NCBI GenBank assembly: GCA_016218865.1 | Contig: JACRCU010000230.1 | Span: 1-62,129, forward strand | Reading direction: 5' to 3' | Source of the DNA: Deltaproteobacteria bacterium | Lineage (GTDB): Bacteria > Myxococcota_A > UBA9042 | DNA length: 62,129 nt | Shown: positions 1 through 10,078 of the stretch, piece by piece | Layout of the letters: each line of letters opens with the position of its first letter | Numbering within the stretch: the first letter of the stretch is position 1 | Position numbers and translations under genes: made by a program | Notes under the pieces: generated by a model | What the model was told of the DNA's origin: nothing | Databases searched by the model: none | The model's input: only the letters and a program-made list of their open reading frames with translations

Positions 1-229
1 CCCTCAGAATTGCGTGGGGTTACGGTCCGAATTCGCCGGACCACTTGTCATCTGTCGCATAAGCCCTCCGCCACCACGGGCACGTCTAATCAAATGGGAT
101 CGGCTGCGGGGATCGGGGTCGATTGCTGCCGCCCTGTCGCCACCGCGCGGGCGCGGCCGACCGAGCCTGATTCTGTAAAAGTCTACCTTGCGCGCCGCGA
201 ACCTGCAACGCAACAAGCCCTCGCTGCGC

Positions 230-2488
230 CTACGGCGTGCAGTCCGGCACCGGGTCGTGGACACAGGCGCTCGTCTTGCAGCTGTCGGTGGTGCAGATGT
301 TGCCGTCGTCGCACTCGCTGTCCTTCAGGCAGCACCCGACCACGGCCTGGCAACCGCAGCCCACGCCGGGGTCGCAGATGGCCTTTTGGCACGTGGCGCA
401 GGTCAGTCCGTCGCATTCGCTGTCCAGGTAGCAGGCCTGCTTGCTGCAAGCCACTTTGAGCGCCAATTCGTCGACCATCGGTCCAGCAAAGTCGTTCTTG
501 TTCGCGTCGGCGGCGTCGAAGCCCAAGCAGAGCTGCACGGTTTTGCCCTGCCAGGCGTCCAGCGGCACCGTGACGGGCTGCCATAGCCCACCCGTGGTGC
601 CGTAGACCAGGTCGCTGCTCCACACCACCTTGGCGGCCCCCTGCTCCATGACCTGCACGGTGAACCAATCGTACTTGGGCAGGCCGTCGACCGGCGGGTT
701 CTTGTAGTCCTTGGAGGGGTAGCCAGACCACTCGGTCTCGAGCTTGAGTTGGAAGGTGAGCAGGTTGTACACCGAGCCCTGCTTTAGCGTCAGCGGCGCC
801 GAGCACACCAGGCCCTTGGGGCCGGCATCGCCGGTCAATTCGGGGTCGGCGTAGCTATCGCCGCTCTGGTCCGAGAAGGCCAGCGCGCCGCCGGTGACGC
901 CGCCGGTCGGCACCGCGTGCCAGCCGACCTGTGTGGAGTTCTGCTGTTGGGCGGTCCAGCCCTCGATGTTGCCGGCGTCGAAGCCGTCGTACAAGGACAC
1001 GGTCTGCTTGCAGCAGTTCGGCTTGCTGGCGTCGGGCTTGCTCTGGCACTGGCCGTTGCTGCAGGTGTCCACGGTGCAGGTATTGGCGTCGTCGCACTCG
1101 CTGTCTTGCGCGCAGCAGCCGGGCACCTTGTCGAACAGGCACGCGCCCACGCCGCCGTTGCCGTTGCTGTAGGGCACGCACCCCTCGGTGGTGCAGGCGT
1201 TGCCGTCGTCTTTGCAGGTGGTGTTGGGGTCGCAGACCAGCTGGGTGCAGACCGTCTCGATCACCACGTCGTCCAAGTAGATGCCTTCGTAGGTGTTCTT
1301 GATGCCGGTGCCGGTCTGGAACTGCCACTGCAGCTTGATGGTCTTGCCGGCCCAGGCCGACACGTCCAGCGCCACCCGCTTCCAGGTGCCAGCCGTGGTC
1401 TTGCCGATCTGCGTCGACCAGAACAGCGGCGTGGTTTTGGCGGCTTCGACCACCGCGACCGAGAGCACGTCCTTCTCGACCAGGCACTGCGCCGCGCCGT
1501 TGACCACCACGCACGACGAGCCCTGCGGACAAGTGGGCTTGCAGGTGCCGGCGGAGAAACTGCTGGTGTAGGGCGGCTCCGCGTCGAGCCACAGCCAGAA
1601 CACCAGATGGGCGGTGGAGCCGGCGGGCAACACATAGTCTGGCGAAACTAGGCTGGTTTGTACCGCGGCGGGCTCCAGGCCGGCCTTGGGCTTGCAGCCA
1701 TCCTCCAGGCTCGCGCTGGTGTCGTAGCTGTAGCACTCGTTGCCAAAGTAGAGGCTGCCGGTGCCGCTGTGGGCGCGGTGCTCGGTGGGGTGCCACAGCA
1801 CGCTGCCGTTGGTCGGCCCTTCCACCGCTTTGAGCCCGTCGAAGCCGCCGGCCTCGAAGCCGGTCTTGAGCAGCGTCAGCTTGCCCGAGCAGCAGTTGGG
1901 ATCGACCTTGTTGACGCACTGGGCGGTTGCAGCGTCGCAGCTGTCTTGGGTGCACTCGTCTTTGTCGTTGCACGCCGCGCTGTTGCAGCAGCTCGGATAG
2001 GGCTTGGGCACCGGCTTGCACATGCCCAGGTCGCAGATGGCTTCTTGGCACGGCTGCAGGGTCAGCACGCCAGCGCAGTCGGTGGCGGTGCCGCACTGGG
2101 CGGTATCCACCGGCTGGGTATCGACCTCGGCCACCGGCACGTCTTGCTCGATTTCCTCGACGTCGACCAGGATTTCTTCGGCGGTGTCCGCAGTATCGTC
2201 GATGTCCTCGACGTCGGGCAGCTCGCCCTCGGTGTCGGTGAGCACGTCGGTGTCGGTGGCGCCGCCGTCGCTGGCGTCTTGGCCACCCGTGTCGGTCTTG
2301 CCGGCGTCCTTGGCGGCGGCCGGCTTGGGGTCGCTGGAGCAGGCGGCACCGCCAGCGATCACGGCGAGCGCCAAGGCCAACACCCCGCAGTGGTGCAGGA
2401 GTCCGCCGTACTGCAGGTTCCCGCCCGCGCGCATCCGCGCCATCGCTCGTGTCGCCATCGCCTGAGTTGCCATCTCTTCTACAGCCAT
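230..2488 (-). CDS. Secreted Cys-rich repeat lipoprotein (paralog A)
   Basis: ORF 230..2551. A hydrophobic h-region is followed by the lipobox-like 'VIAGGAAC', then an Asp/Thr-rich linker. Three clusters of CxDxxxCTxDxC-type modules (CNDKDECTQDSC, CDDANTCTVDTC, CDDGNICTTDSC) alternate with beta-sandwich-like segments of about 180 aa ending '..IYLDDVVIE'. In-frame ATGs lie at 2488, 2473, 2458, 2443 and 2434, so the start is not resolved. Confidence 0.7.
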   Translation of the reverse strand: MAVEEMATQAMATRAMARMRAGGNLQYGGLLHHCGVLALALAVIAGGAACSSDPKPAAAKDAGKTDTGGQDASDGGATDTDVLTDTEGELPDVEDIDDTADTAEEILVDVEEIEQDVPVAEVDTQPVDTAQCGTATDCAGVLTLQPCQEAICDLGMCKPVPKPYPSCCNSAACNDKDECTQDSCDAATAQCVNKVDPNCCSGKLTLLKTGFEAGGFDGLKAVEGPTNGSVLWHPTEHRAHSGTGSLYFGNECYSYDTSASLEDGCKPKAGLEPAAVQTSLVSPDYVLPAGSTAHLVFWLWLDAEPPYTSSFSAGTCKPTCPQGSSCVVVNGAAQCLVEKDVLSVAVVEAAKTTPLFWSTQIGKTTAGTWKRVALDVSAWAGKTIKLQWQFQTGTGIKNTYEGIYLDDVVIETVCTQLVCDPNTTCKDDGNACTTEGCVPYSNGNGGVGACLFDKVPGCCAQDSECDDANTCTVDTCSNGQCQSKPDASKPNCCKQTVSLYDGFDAGNIEGWTAQQQNSTQVGWHAVPTGGVTGGALAFSDQSGDSYADPELTGDAGPKGLVCSAPLTLKQGSVYNLLTFQLKLETEWSGYPSKDYKNPPVDGLPKYDWFTVQVMEQGAAKVVWSSDLVYGTTGGLWQPVTVPLDAWQGKTVQLCLGFDAADANKNDFAGPMVDELALKVACSKQACYLDSECDGLTCATCQKAICDPGVGCGCQAVVGCCLKDSECDDGNICTTDSCKTSACVHDPVPDCTP

Positions 2489-2543
2489 GTCTGCCTGCTC
2501 GGTCCGGCGCTTCCGCCGGCACTTGGGGTCATCCGCCGCCGCA

Positions 2544-5500
2544 TCAGCCACCGCAGTTGGTGGTCAGCTTCAAGTTGTCGATGAAGACGCCCTTGCCGCT
2601 GTTGCCCACGCTGTCGCCGGTGTCGAACTTGAACTGCACCTGCACCTCTTGGCCCTTGTAGTTGGCCAGATCGAAGGTGGCGCTGTACCAGTTGCTGATA
2701 CTGAAACCAGAGGCGTTCTTGGTAAAGGCCGTGAGCTTCTGCGTGCCGACCAGCACCGTCACGGTCAGGTTGTCGTACGACGTGCTCGACTCGGTGTCCA
2801 TATACACGTCGAAGGTGAGCTTGCTGGGCGTGTCGGCGGGCAGCTGCACCTTGGGCGTGGTGGCCGTGCCGTTGGTGGCTCCGAAGTCGAAATTGCCCGC
2901 GTTGGTGTCGCCGTAGTACAGCACACCCGGCGCGGTCTTGGAGATGGCGCTGGGTTGCGCCGTCGTCAGCTGCCAACCCTTGCTGGGCCCGGCGCTGTTG
3001 TTCAAGGTGATACCCTTGATGTCGCCGCCGTCGAAGTCGTTGCTCCACACGTCGGGCTGGCAGCAGCCGGGCGCGCCGGTGGGCGTGTGGGCGCACTTGC
3101 TGTTCACGCACTTGTCGATGGTGCAGGTCGTCTCGCCGTCGGCGCAGTCCTTGTCGGCGGTGCAGCACGAGTTCTGGTTGACGCACTTGTTCGAGATGCA
3201 CGAGTCGACGGTACACGCGTTCTTGTCGTCGCACTGCGCCGAGGACAGGCAGCAGCCGGGGATTGCCGGGTTGTTGCACTGGCCGCCCGGGCCGGGGCAG
3301 ACGTTTTCGGTGCAGGCGTTGTTGTCGTTGCAGTCGCCGGGGCCCATGCAGCAGCCCTTGATCGGCGCGAACGAGCACAGCTTGCTGGAGCCACACGAGT
3401 CGGTGGTGCACAGGTTGTTGTCGTTGCAGTCGCCGTTGCCCGTGCAGCAGTTGTTGGCATAGCTGCAGACGCCGTCGCTGCACACGCCGGTCAGGCAAGA
3501 CAGGCCCGTCACAGGGCAATTGGCGGCGGACGCGCAGGGTTTGGCCTTGCAAGTCGAAGACACGCTGATGTCGTCGATGTACATGCCGGGCCCGGTGGTG
3601 GTGCCGCTGGCCGTCGAGGGCTTGTATTCGAAGCGCACGTCGAAGCTCTTGCCGCCCAGCGGCGTCAGGTCAAACGTGTACTGTTTCCAGGTATTGGCCA
3701 GCGTGAAGCCCGAGATGTTCACGAAGGTCAGCTCGCTGCCATCGACGAGGGCATAGGCGCGCAGCGTGTAGCTGCTGTAGGCGCCGCTGGGGGCGAAGGC
3801 CCAGAACGACAGCGTGGTCTCCTTGCCGGCCAGCACCGTGAAAGTGGGCGAAACTGCAGTGACTTTCCAGGTGGGCGAGTTCGGCACGCTCATGGTGGCG
3901 GCGCTGAGGTTGCCCATGTGCAGGGCGCCCGGGGCCGAGTGAGCATTGGCCAACTCTTTATACGTCCAGCCCAATTCCGGTTTGGTCGAGATGGTGGTGA
4001 AGCCCTCGTCGCTGCCCGAGAAGACCGAGTTGAGCAAGCTGGGGGCGCAGCAGCCGGGCACCGACAGCGCGGTGTGCAGGCACTTGCCCTTGTCGCAGGC
4101 GTCGCCAGTGCAGGGGTTCTGGTCGTCGCACTCGCTTTCGAACGCGCAGCACAAGTTGACCTCGGCGCAGATGCCGCTGGCGCAGATGCCCTTCTTGCAC
4201 GGGTCGTTGACGGCGCACTCGGCGTCCGTCTTGCAGCAGGTGTTGGCGTGGGTGCAGCTGCCGCCCGCGGCCGGGCACTGGTCGAAGGTGCAGTCGTTCT
4301 TGTCGTCGCAGTCACTGTCGGCCAGGCAGCAATTGGGCACGTCGCTGTGGGTGCAGGTGCCGCCGGGGCCCGAGCAGAGGTCCAGCGTGCACGGCTTGCC
4401 GTCGCTGCACTGGGCGTTGGTGCTGCAGCAGTCGGCCTTGGCGCTGTGGGTGCACACCGGCACGCCGCCCTCGCCGTCCTGGCACAGGTCGGTGGAGCAG
4501 GCGTTGCCGTCGTCGCACTCGGCCACGTTGGCGCAGCAGCCGGTGCTGATGGCCACATCGTCGACGTAGACGCCCTCGTAGGCGTTGGCGATGCCGTCTT
4601 TGGTCTCGAAGGCGAACTGGAACTGTACCGACTGGCCCACGTAATCCTTGAGCTCGATCGCGATGCGCAGCCACACGCCGCCGGTGCTGCCGCCGATGGT
4701 GTCGCTGGTCCAGACCTTGACGGGCGTCTCGCCGCCCAAGACGCGCACGGTCAACAGGTCGTCGCCGGGCGCCTTTTCGGTCGCGAGCCACAGCCAGAAG
4801 TTCAGCTTGGGCAACAGGCCAGGCTTGTTGGGCACTTTCACGGTGGGCAGGGTCGCCGTGCCGCCGACCTGCTTGTTGTTGTTGTAGGTGACCTTGGCCG
4901 GATCGCCGAAGTACAGCGAGGTCCCGCCGGACATGGAGCGCACCTTGCTGTAATTCCAGGTCAGTCCCGTCTTGAAGATGTCGACGATGTCGACGCCCTC
5001 GCCCGGGCCATCCAAGCGGCGCAGCCACAAATTGGAGGTGACCGCCGCGGTCTTGGGCCCCATCTGGCAGGCGAGGCAAGGCTTCTTGGTCGAGATGTCG
5101 CCGACGCCCATGCACTCGACCTGTCCGCCGCCCAGGTCGTACAGGCAGGCGTTCGACTTGACGGTGTACTTGCAGGTCCCCGCCTCGCAAGTGGCGCCAA
5201 CCGCGCACGAATTGACGCAGTCGCCGTTGGTGCTGCAGGCGGTGGCGAACACGCCGGGAACGATCGGCGAGGTGGTGTCGGGCGTGCTGTCGGGGCTGCT
5301 GTCGGGCAGGGCGGTGTCGGTTGCCACCGCATCGGTCGATTCGCCGTCGCCGCCGTCGAGCTCGACCGTGTCTTCGATGGTGTCGTCCAAGCTGTCGGCG
5401 GCGTCGGCTGGTTCACCGTCGCCGCTGTCGCCCGAGTCGGTGTCGCCCGGGTCGGTGTCCGTCGGCTTGGCGTCGGGATCGGCCGTATCCACCTTGGCGG

Positions 5501-5696
5501 TGTCGGTCTTGCTGTCCGGAGTGGCCGTGTCGGCCGGGACCTGGCTGTCGCTTTGCGTGTCTGGGCCCTGGACCACCGTGTCACTGCAGCCGGCCAACGC
5601 CGCCAGGCAGAGCACGACGCCAGCCAGGCGCCCAAACATCAACGGGATATGAGGACGGGCTGCCTGCAGATTGCCGGGCTGGCCGAACTGGGTCAT
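2544..5696 (-). CDS. Secreted Cys-rich repeat lipoprotein (paralog B, larger)
   Basis: ORF 2544..5870; I place the start at the ATG at 5696 (MTQFGQ..). Signal peptide and lipobox 'LAALAGC' are followed by a Thr/Asp/Ser-rich linker of about 110 aa. At least ten CxDxNxCTxDxC modules are present (CDDGNACSTDLC, CDDKNDCTFDQC, CDDQNPCTGDAC, CNDNNLCTTDSC, CDDKNACTVDSC...). They are interleaved with beta-sandwich-like domains ending 'VYVDDVAIS', 'MYIDDISVSS' and 'VFIDNLKLTT'. Confidence 0.8.
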   Translation of the reverse strand: MTQFGQPGNLQAARPHIPLMFGRLAGVVLCLAALAGCSDTVVQGPDTQSDSQVPADTATPDSKTDTAKVDTADPDAKPTDTDPGDTDSGDSGDGEPADAADSLDDTIEDTVELDGGDGESTDAVATDTALPDSSPDSTPDTTSPIVPGVFATACSTNGDCVNSCAVGATCEAGTCKYTVKSNACLYDLGGGQVECMGVGDISTKKPCLACQMGPKTAAVTSNLWLRRLDGPGEGVDIVDIFKTGLTWNYSKVRSMSGGTSLYFGDPAKVTYNNNKQVGGTATLPTVKVPNKPGLLPKLNFWLWLATEKAPGDDLLTVRVLGGETPVKVWTSDTIGGSTGGVWLRIAIELKDYVGQSVQFQFAFETKDGIANAYEGVYVDDVAISTGCCANVAECDDGNACSTDLCQDGEGGVPVCTHSAKADCCSTNAQCSDGKPCTLDLCSGPGGTCTHSDVPNCCLADSDCDDKNDCTFDQCPAAGGSCTHANTCCKTDAECAVNDPCKKGICASGICAEVNLCCAFESECDDQNPCTGDACDKGKCLHTALSVPGCCAPSLLNSVFSGSDEGFTTISTKPELGWTYKELANAHSAPGALHMGNLSAATMSVPNSPTWKVTAVSPTFTVLAGKETTLSFWAFAPSGAYSSYTLRAYALVDGSELTFVNISGFTLANTWKQYTFDLTPLGGKSFDVRFEYKPSTASGTTTGPGMYIDDISVSSTCKAKPCASAANCPVTGLSCLTGVCSDGVCSYANNCCTGNGDCNDNNLCTTDSCGSSKLCSFAPIKGCCMGPGDCNDNNACTENVCPGPGGQCNNPAIPGCCLSSAQCDDKNACTVDSCISNKCVNQNSCCTADKDCADGETTCTIDKCVNSKCAHTPTGAPGCCQPDVWSNDFDGGDIKGITLNNSAGPSKGWQLTTAQPSAISKTAPGVLYYGDTNAGNFDFGATNGTATTPKVQLPADTPSKLTFDVYMDTESSTSYDNLTVTVLVGTQKLTAFTKNASGFSISNWYSATFDLANYKGQEVQVQFKFDTGDSVGNSGKGVFIDNLKLTTNCGG

Positions 5697-5983
5697 TGCG
5701 CGCTCCTTGGCTGTCGCTGCGCCGGAGCCAGGGGCAAGGCGGCGCAGGTACGTGCCCGAATCCCGCAAAATACCACCGTCTGGGGCCGGGCACAAATCGG
5801 CCCCTCGGCCCAGGTGAAGCACAGAGCGCCAAATCCGGCACAGCAGCCGGACGCCGGATACACGCGACAACCGGGTAGTATTGCTAGATATTTACAGGAA
5901 TCATTGCCGTCCGGCGACGGGACCGAAGCGCGTAATCCGCGACCCACAAGGGACTACTTTTCGCGAAATGCCCAGCACAGAAA

Positions 5984-7759
5984 CTAGAATCGCCAGCGCA
6001 GGACCGCATCAGCGCGCCAGGCGGGCTCGGCGCTCACGCCCGCCGGATTGGCCAAGGCCTCGCCGGGCAGCAACAGCGACCCGCGGCCGAACAACTCCAG
6101 ACCGTGGTCCAGGCGCCAGTGGGCCGAAACCTCGGGCTCCAGGCCAATCCATACGTGCTTGCCGGGAGTTGCGTCAGGCGACAGCGCCGCCGCACCCAGC
6201 ACGGCGGCCTCCAGCGCCAGATCGCTGCTGCCGCGGCCCAGCGGGTGCCACACCACGGCCGGCCGCAGGTAGGCGGCGTTGGCGACCGCGCCGATGATGT
6301 CGCGGAACAGCAAGCCATCGATCCGCATGGCGCGGTTGAAGCGGAAGCCGGTCATCGTCTTGCGATCGCCGCCGTCTGGTGTGCCGCCCAGCTTGAAGTT
6401 GTTGGTGTCGTTGACGCCGAAGCCGCCGTTGGACTCGCCGCTAGCGGCGCCGGCATCCAGGCGCAGATCGAGCGAGCCGGGTTGCCAGGTCGCGCGCGCC
6501 GCGGCTCCGCCGGCGACCAGGGTCTTGGCATCGGGATCGTTGGTGATGTCGGTGCGGCCGATGGTGCCGTAGATGGCATCGCCCTCGGCCTGCAGGGACA
6601 GCGGTGCCGAGCGCCAGGTGCCGCGCCAAGCCGTATAGGCCTGGAAGGTATAGCTTTTGTAGAGCCGCTGGGTGAGGCGGACGCAGTCGTCGCCGCAGGC
6701 CGGGTTGGCCAGCTGCTTGTCCGGCTGGGGCGCGGCAGACCCGGGGTTCTGCAGACTTTCTAGATGGAAGGCCTGATCCTGGGTCTGCCAGAGCAGCGCC
6801 AGCGCCCACTCCAGGCCCGGCTCGCCGCGCAGCTTGCCGCCGGCCACGCTGAAGTCATAGCGGATCACGTCGCTGCTGTCGTGGAACGGCAAGCCCGACT
6901 GGCCGCTGCTCATCACCCAGGCGCCGTCGGTCACCTGGCCGGAGTACGAGTTGTAGAGCGTGGCGCCGTTGCCACCCTGGCCCGGCGGCCACGAGAACAG
7001 GTTGACGCGGGCGGCCGAGAAGCGGAAACCCAGCAACTCGATGCCGATCTTGACCTTGTCGACGCTGGTCTGCCAGTCGCCCAGCAGATCGTCGCCACTG
7101 TGGCGGACCAGGCCCAGGCCAAAGTGATCGGGCTGACGGCCCACGTCCAGGTCCAGCAGGCCAAACACCTTGCTGTGCAACCACATGCGGCGCATGGCCA
7201 GCCCGGACTGCAGCGAGCCGCTGCTCCAGTCGCCCTGACCGTAGCGGTCGGCAAAAGACGCCAGGGTGGCGCGACCGCCGGCCATGCCCCAGGCATCGAG
7301 CTGCAAGTTCAGCTGCGACCAGTCGCCCACGTGCAAGCTGGGCTCCAGACGCAAGCGCAAGTCCGCACCCTGCAAGCGATCGGCCAGGCTGGCCGCGTGC
7401 GGGTCGGCGCTGCCGTGGCGGACGTCCAGGTGGGTCGGCAGTTCGGCGTTGTCGGCGTTGTTGCGCACACCGCCCAGCACTTCGCCGCGGGCGCGCACCT
7501 GGCCGTGCCACTCCAGGTGCACGAGCGGTTGGCTCGCCAGCGGGCGCGAGGCGTCGACGGCGGGCGGCGGCGGGTCGGCCCACAGCGGCGCTGCACTGGC
7601 CAAGGTCGCGATTGCACACAACATCGCCGGCCAGAGCGGCGCGCGTCGCAGGGGGCGCCAAGCCAATTGAAGAGGGCGAGCAAGCAAGGTGAGTTCCGGT
7701 AGCTGGCCGTGGTGGCACAGCGAGCGCGCAAGTGTACGGACAGACTTGCGGATGGGCAA
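5984..7759 (-). CDS. Putative outer-membrane beta-barrel protein (uncharacterised family)
   Basis: 591-aa ORF with a signal-like segment '..RRAPLWPAMLCAIATLASAAPLWA/DPP'. It shows alternating amphipathic, Gly/aromatic-rich strands and a C-terminal '..AVLRWRF' (terminal Phe, as in OMP beta-signals). The ORF-track start at 7759 is TTG; alternative starts are TTG 7666 and ATG 7624. Confidence 0.65.
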   Translation of the reverse strand: MPIRKSVRTLARSLCHHGQLPELTLLARPLQLAWRPLRRAPLWPAMLCAIATLASAAPLWADPPPPAVDASRPLASQPLVHLEWHGQVRARGEVLGGVRNNADNAELPTHLDVRHGSADPHAASLADRLQGADLRLRLEPSLHVGDWSQLNLQLDAWGMAGGRATLASFADRYGQGDWSSGSLQSGLAMRRMWLHSKVFGLLDLDVGRQPDHFGLGLVRHSGDDLLGDWQTSVDKVKIGIELLGFRFSAARVNLFSWPPGQGGNGATLYNSYSGQVTDGAWVMSSGQSGLPFHDSSDVIRYDFSVAGGKLRGEPGLEWALALLWQTQDQAFHLESLQNPGSAAPQPDKQLANPACGDDCVRLTQRLYKSYTFQAYTAWRGTWRSAPLSLQAEGDAIYGTIGRTDITNDPDAKTLVAGGAAARATWQPGSLDLRLDAGAASGESNGGFGVNDTNNFKLGGTPDGGDRKTMTGFRFNRAMRIDGLLFRDIIGAVANAAYLRPAVVWHPLGRGSSDLALEAAVLGAAALSPDATPGKHVWIGLEPEVSAHWRLDHGLELFGRGSLLLPGEALANPAGVSAEPAWRADAVLRWRF

Positions 7760-7777
7760 CCGGCGGCGCGCGACCTG

Positions 7778-10069
7778 CTACCGCAAGCTGGGAGTGGCGG
7801 CCCCCGGCAGAGGCAGCGCGAATCGGGGCAGCGGCACGGGTTGGGCCGGTGCAGCCCCCGGCGCTGGCGCTGGCAACGGCCGCTGGTAGACCGACAAGAT
7901 CGGCACACCGCTCAGCGCCGACTGGAACGCCGGCTGGCGGTGGCGGTAGTCGCGCATCAAGTCCAACTCGAAGTCGTCGTGGTCCTTTTGGTGGTGGAAG
8001 AAGCCCATCGCCGTGCCTTCGGGCCCGCCGCCATAGCGCAGATCGCGGCGGAACCAGCCCTCGCGCTGGTACATCTGGTAGGCACCCCAGGCCGACTTAT
8101 GGAACCATATCGTGGCGTTGGCCGGGGCGTGGGCGTTGACGTACTCCAAGCCGTCGCGGGTGGAGCCGCCCCAGAACTGGCGCTGCATGCCGGCGGTCGC
8201 CGCACCGGGGATGCCGCCGACGAGCTCGTTGAAGTAGGCGGAACCATGGACATAGGTGTCGGCGGTCGCCTGGGCGGCCGGCGCCAGCAGGCCCAACGCC
8301 AGCAGCCAACTCAGGGCGGTGCCGAACCACTTCGGCTCGCCGTCGGCGTCGGCCCAGCGCTGGCACAACTGCTGCCAGACGGCCTGGACGCCGCGCGCCG
8401 CAATCAGCAACATGAACGGAAACGCCGGCATCCAATGCTTGGTGCCGCCGAAGATCGGCGTGCCGGGCATCGAGATCAGCGCCATCGGCCAGATCGCCGA
8501 GAGCAGCACCAGCCGGTCCCACGACCGCTGCTCGGGCGTCCGGCCGTCGATCGTGCTCTGCTCGGCATACAGCCAGCCCTGGCGGCGCTCGTGATCGGCC
8601 GCCTGGCCGCGCCGGCGCCAGCGCTGCGGCCCGTACACCGCGACCATGCCGACGGCGAAGGCCGCGAGCAGGCTGATCGGCCAGGTGAGCGCGGTCATGC
8701 TCCACGAGTAGATCGCCGGGAAGGGCGGGTACTGCAGCACGTGGCCGAACCAGTACTGCATGTAGTGCTCGTGGTGTAGGTGGAACTCGATCCAGCGGAG
8801 CAGGTTGTCCAGCGAATCGACCCACAGCAGCGGCCAGCCGGCCACCAGGATCGCCGGGCCGATCAGCAGCATGGCCAGGAACACCCCCGGCACGGGCGGA
8901 ATTTCCACGCGGATGCGCGGCGTCACCAGCGCAATCAGCGCGAAACCCACGCCCAACAGCGGGTGCAGCCACGCGCCCAGCACGCCGAACAGCAGCGCCG
9001 CGGCGACGTAGGCGACCCGCTGCTTGCGGCCGGCCTCGACGTGCAGGTGCACGCGGCCTTCGCGCACCGAGGTCCAGAGCCAGTGACCCAGCAGCGGCAC
9101 GGGCAGAAACAGCGCATTGTGCTTGGCCAACAAGGCCAGCCCCCAGGCCACGGCTGCGATGTAGACCCAGGGCCGCGACGCCAGCGCGCGGTGCCACGCG
9201 GCGGTCGTCAGCAGCAACAAGGCGGCGATGGTGGTGTCGAAGGTACACAGGTGGGCGTTCCAGAAGGCTTGCGGAATGCACAGATAGCCGACCGCCGCCA
9301 GCAGCGCAAAGGGCCGGCGCAGGGCCCCGACGCCCGCCGCCGTGACCCGGCCAGCAAAGAAGCCGCGGGCCGCGAGGTAGATCAGCGCCACCATCAGCGC
9401 GCCGAAGGCGGCGCCCGGAAGACGCATCGCCGCGGATTCACTTAGGATGTAGCTCCAGCGCCGCTCCACGGCTTCGCAGCCGGTCCGATAGATCGTTCCG
9501 TCCGCGGCCGGACCGGGAGCTGCACAGGTGGTCTTCAGCTTGGTCAAGTCCACGTCGATCGGCAACTTGACGATCGCCAAGTCGGGCCGGCGCTCGGTGA
9601 CCACACCCTGCAGCAGGCGGCGCGGCCCCACCTGGCTGCCCTTGCCGACCTCTTGCGGACTCAGGACCGTCACCGCCGAGCCAACTTGGAAGCCGTGCGA
9701 CGGTCCCAGGCCGCCGACCTCCAGACGCCGCTCGCCTTCGGGGCCGACGGCGATGTTCTGGACGGGCCGCAGCTTGCGACCTAGGCCGCGCCAGGCGAAG
9801 CCGAACAGGATCTTGTCGAGCGGCGGGTGCTCGCTGTTGTTGCGCCACGTATCCAGAATCTCTTTGTGCTGCAGAGCCTTGACCCGCTCCTCGCCACCAT
9901 TTTCCACGCGCACGAACCAGTCCTGGTAGGTCTCGGCATGGGCGAAGTAGAATGCCTCGTCGCGAACGAAGCCCATGTCGTCCGTGGCCACGGTGGTCGC
10001 CAGCGCCGCCGCGAACAGCACAGCAGCAGCCAGCACATCATTGGAGCGCGAAGCGGGCGGACGTGGCAT
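7778..10069 (-). CDS. GT-C fold glycosyltransferase, PMT_2/ArnT-like (GT39/GT83-type)
   Basis: 763-aa polytopic membrane protein with an ATG at 10069. The first loop carries the Asp-Glu motif 'FVRDEAFYFAHAETY' typical of PMT/ArnT enzymes, and many hydrophobic helices follow. A soluble insertion of about 110 aa sits in loop 1. The gene is separated by 9 nt from the upstream activator gene and 18 nt from the downstream barrel gene. Confidence 0.75.
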   Translation of the reverse strand: MPRPPASRSNDVLAAAVLFAAALATTVATDDMGFVRDEAFYFAHAETYQDWFVRVENGGEERVKALQHKEILDTWRNNSEHPPLDKILFGFAWRGLGRKLRPVQNIAVGPEGERRLEVGGLGPSHGFQVGSAVTVLSPQEVGKGSQVGPRRLLQGVVTERRPDLAIVKLPIDVDLTKLKTTCAAPGPAADGTIYRTGCEAVERRWSYILSESAAMRLPGAAFGALMVALIYLAARGFFAGRVTAAGVGALRRPFALLAAVGYLCIPQAFWNAHLCTFDTTIAALLLLTTAAWHRALASRPWVYIAAVAWGLALLAKHNALFLPVPLLGHWLWTSVREGRVHLHVEAGRKQRVAYVAAALLFGVLGAWLHPLLGVGFALIALVTPRIRVEIPPVPGVFLAMLLIGPAILVAGWPLLWVDSLDNLLRWIEFHLHHEHYMQYWFGHVLQYPPFPAIYSWSMTALTWPISLLAAFAVGMVAVYGPQRWRRRGQAADHERRQGWLYAEQSTIDGRTPEQRSWDRLVLLSAIWPMALISMPGTPIFGGTKHWMPAFPFMLLIAARGVQAVWQQLCQRWADADGEPKWFGTALSWLLALGLLAPAAQATADTYVHGSAYFNELVGGIPGAATAGMQRQFWGGSTRDGLEYVNAHAPANATIWFHKSAWGAYQMYQREGWFRRDLRYGGGPEGTAMGFFHHQKDHDDFELDLMRDYRHRQPAFQSALSGVPILSVYQRPLPAPAPGAAPAQPVPLPRFALPLPGAATPSLR

Positions 10070-10078
10070 GGTCGGGCG

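Noticed and set aside
2487-5987. 1166-aa plus-strand ORF, and similar very long ORFs at 19678..23775, 28545..30677, 30957..33410, 31076..33613, 9827..11797 and 16362..18299
   Set aside because: Each lies antisense to a gene with clear domain signatures. Their translations are Ala/Gly/Arg/Val low-complexity strings with no motifs. Long stop-free shadow frames are expected in high-GC DNA.
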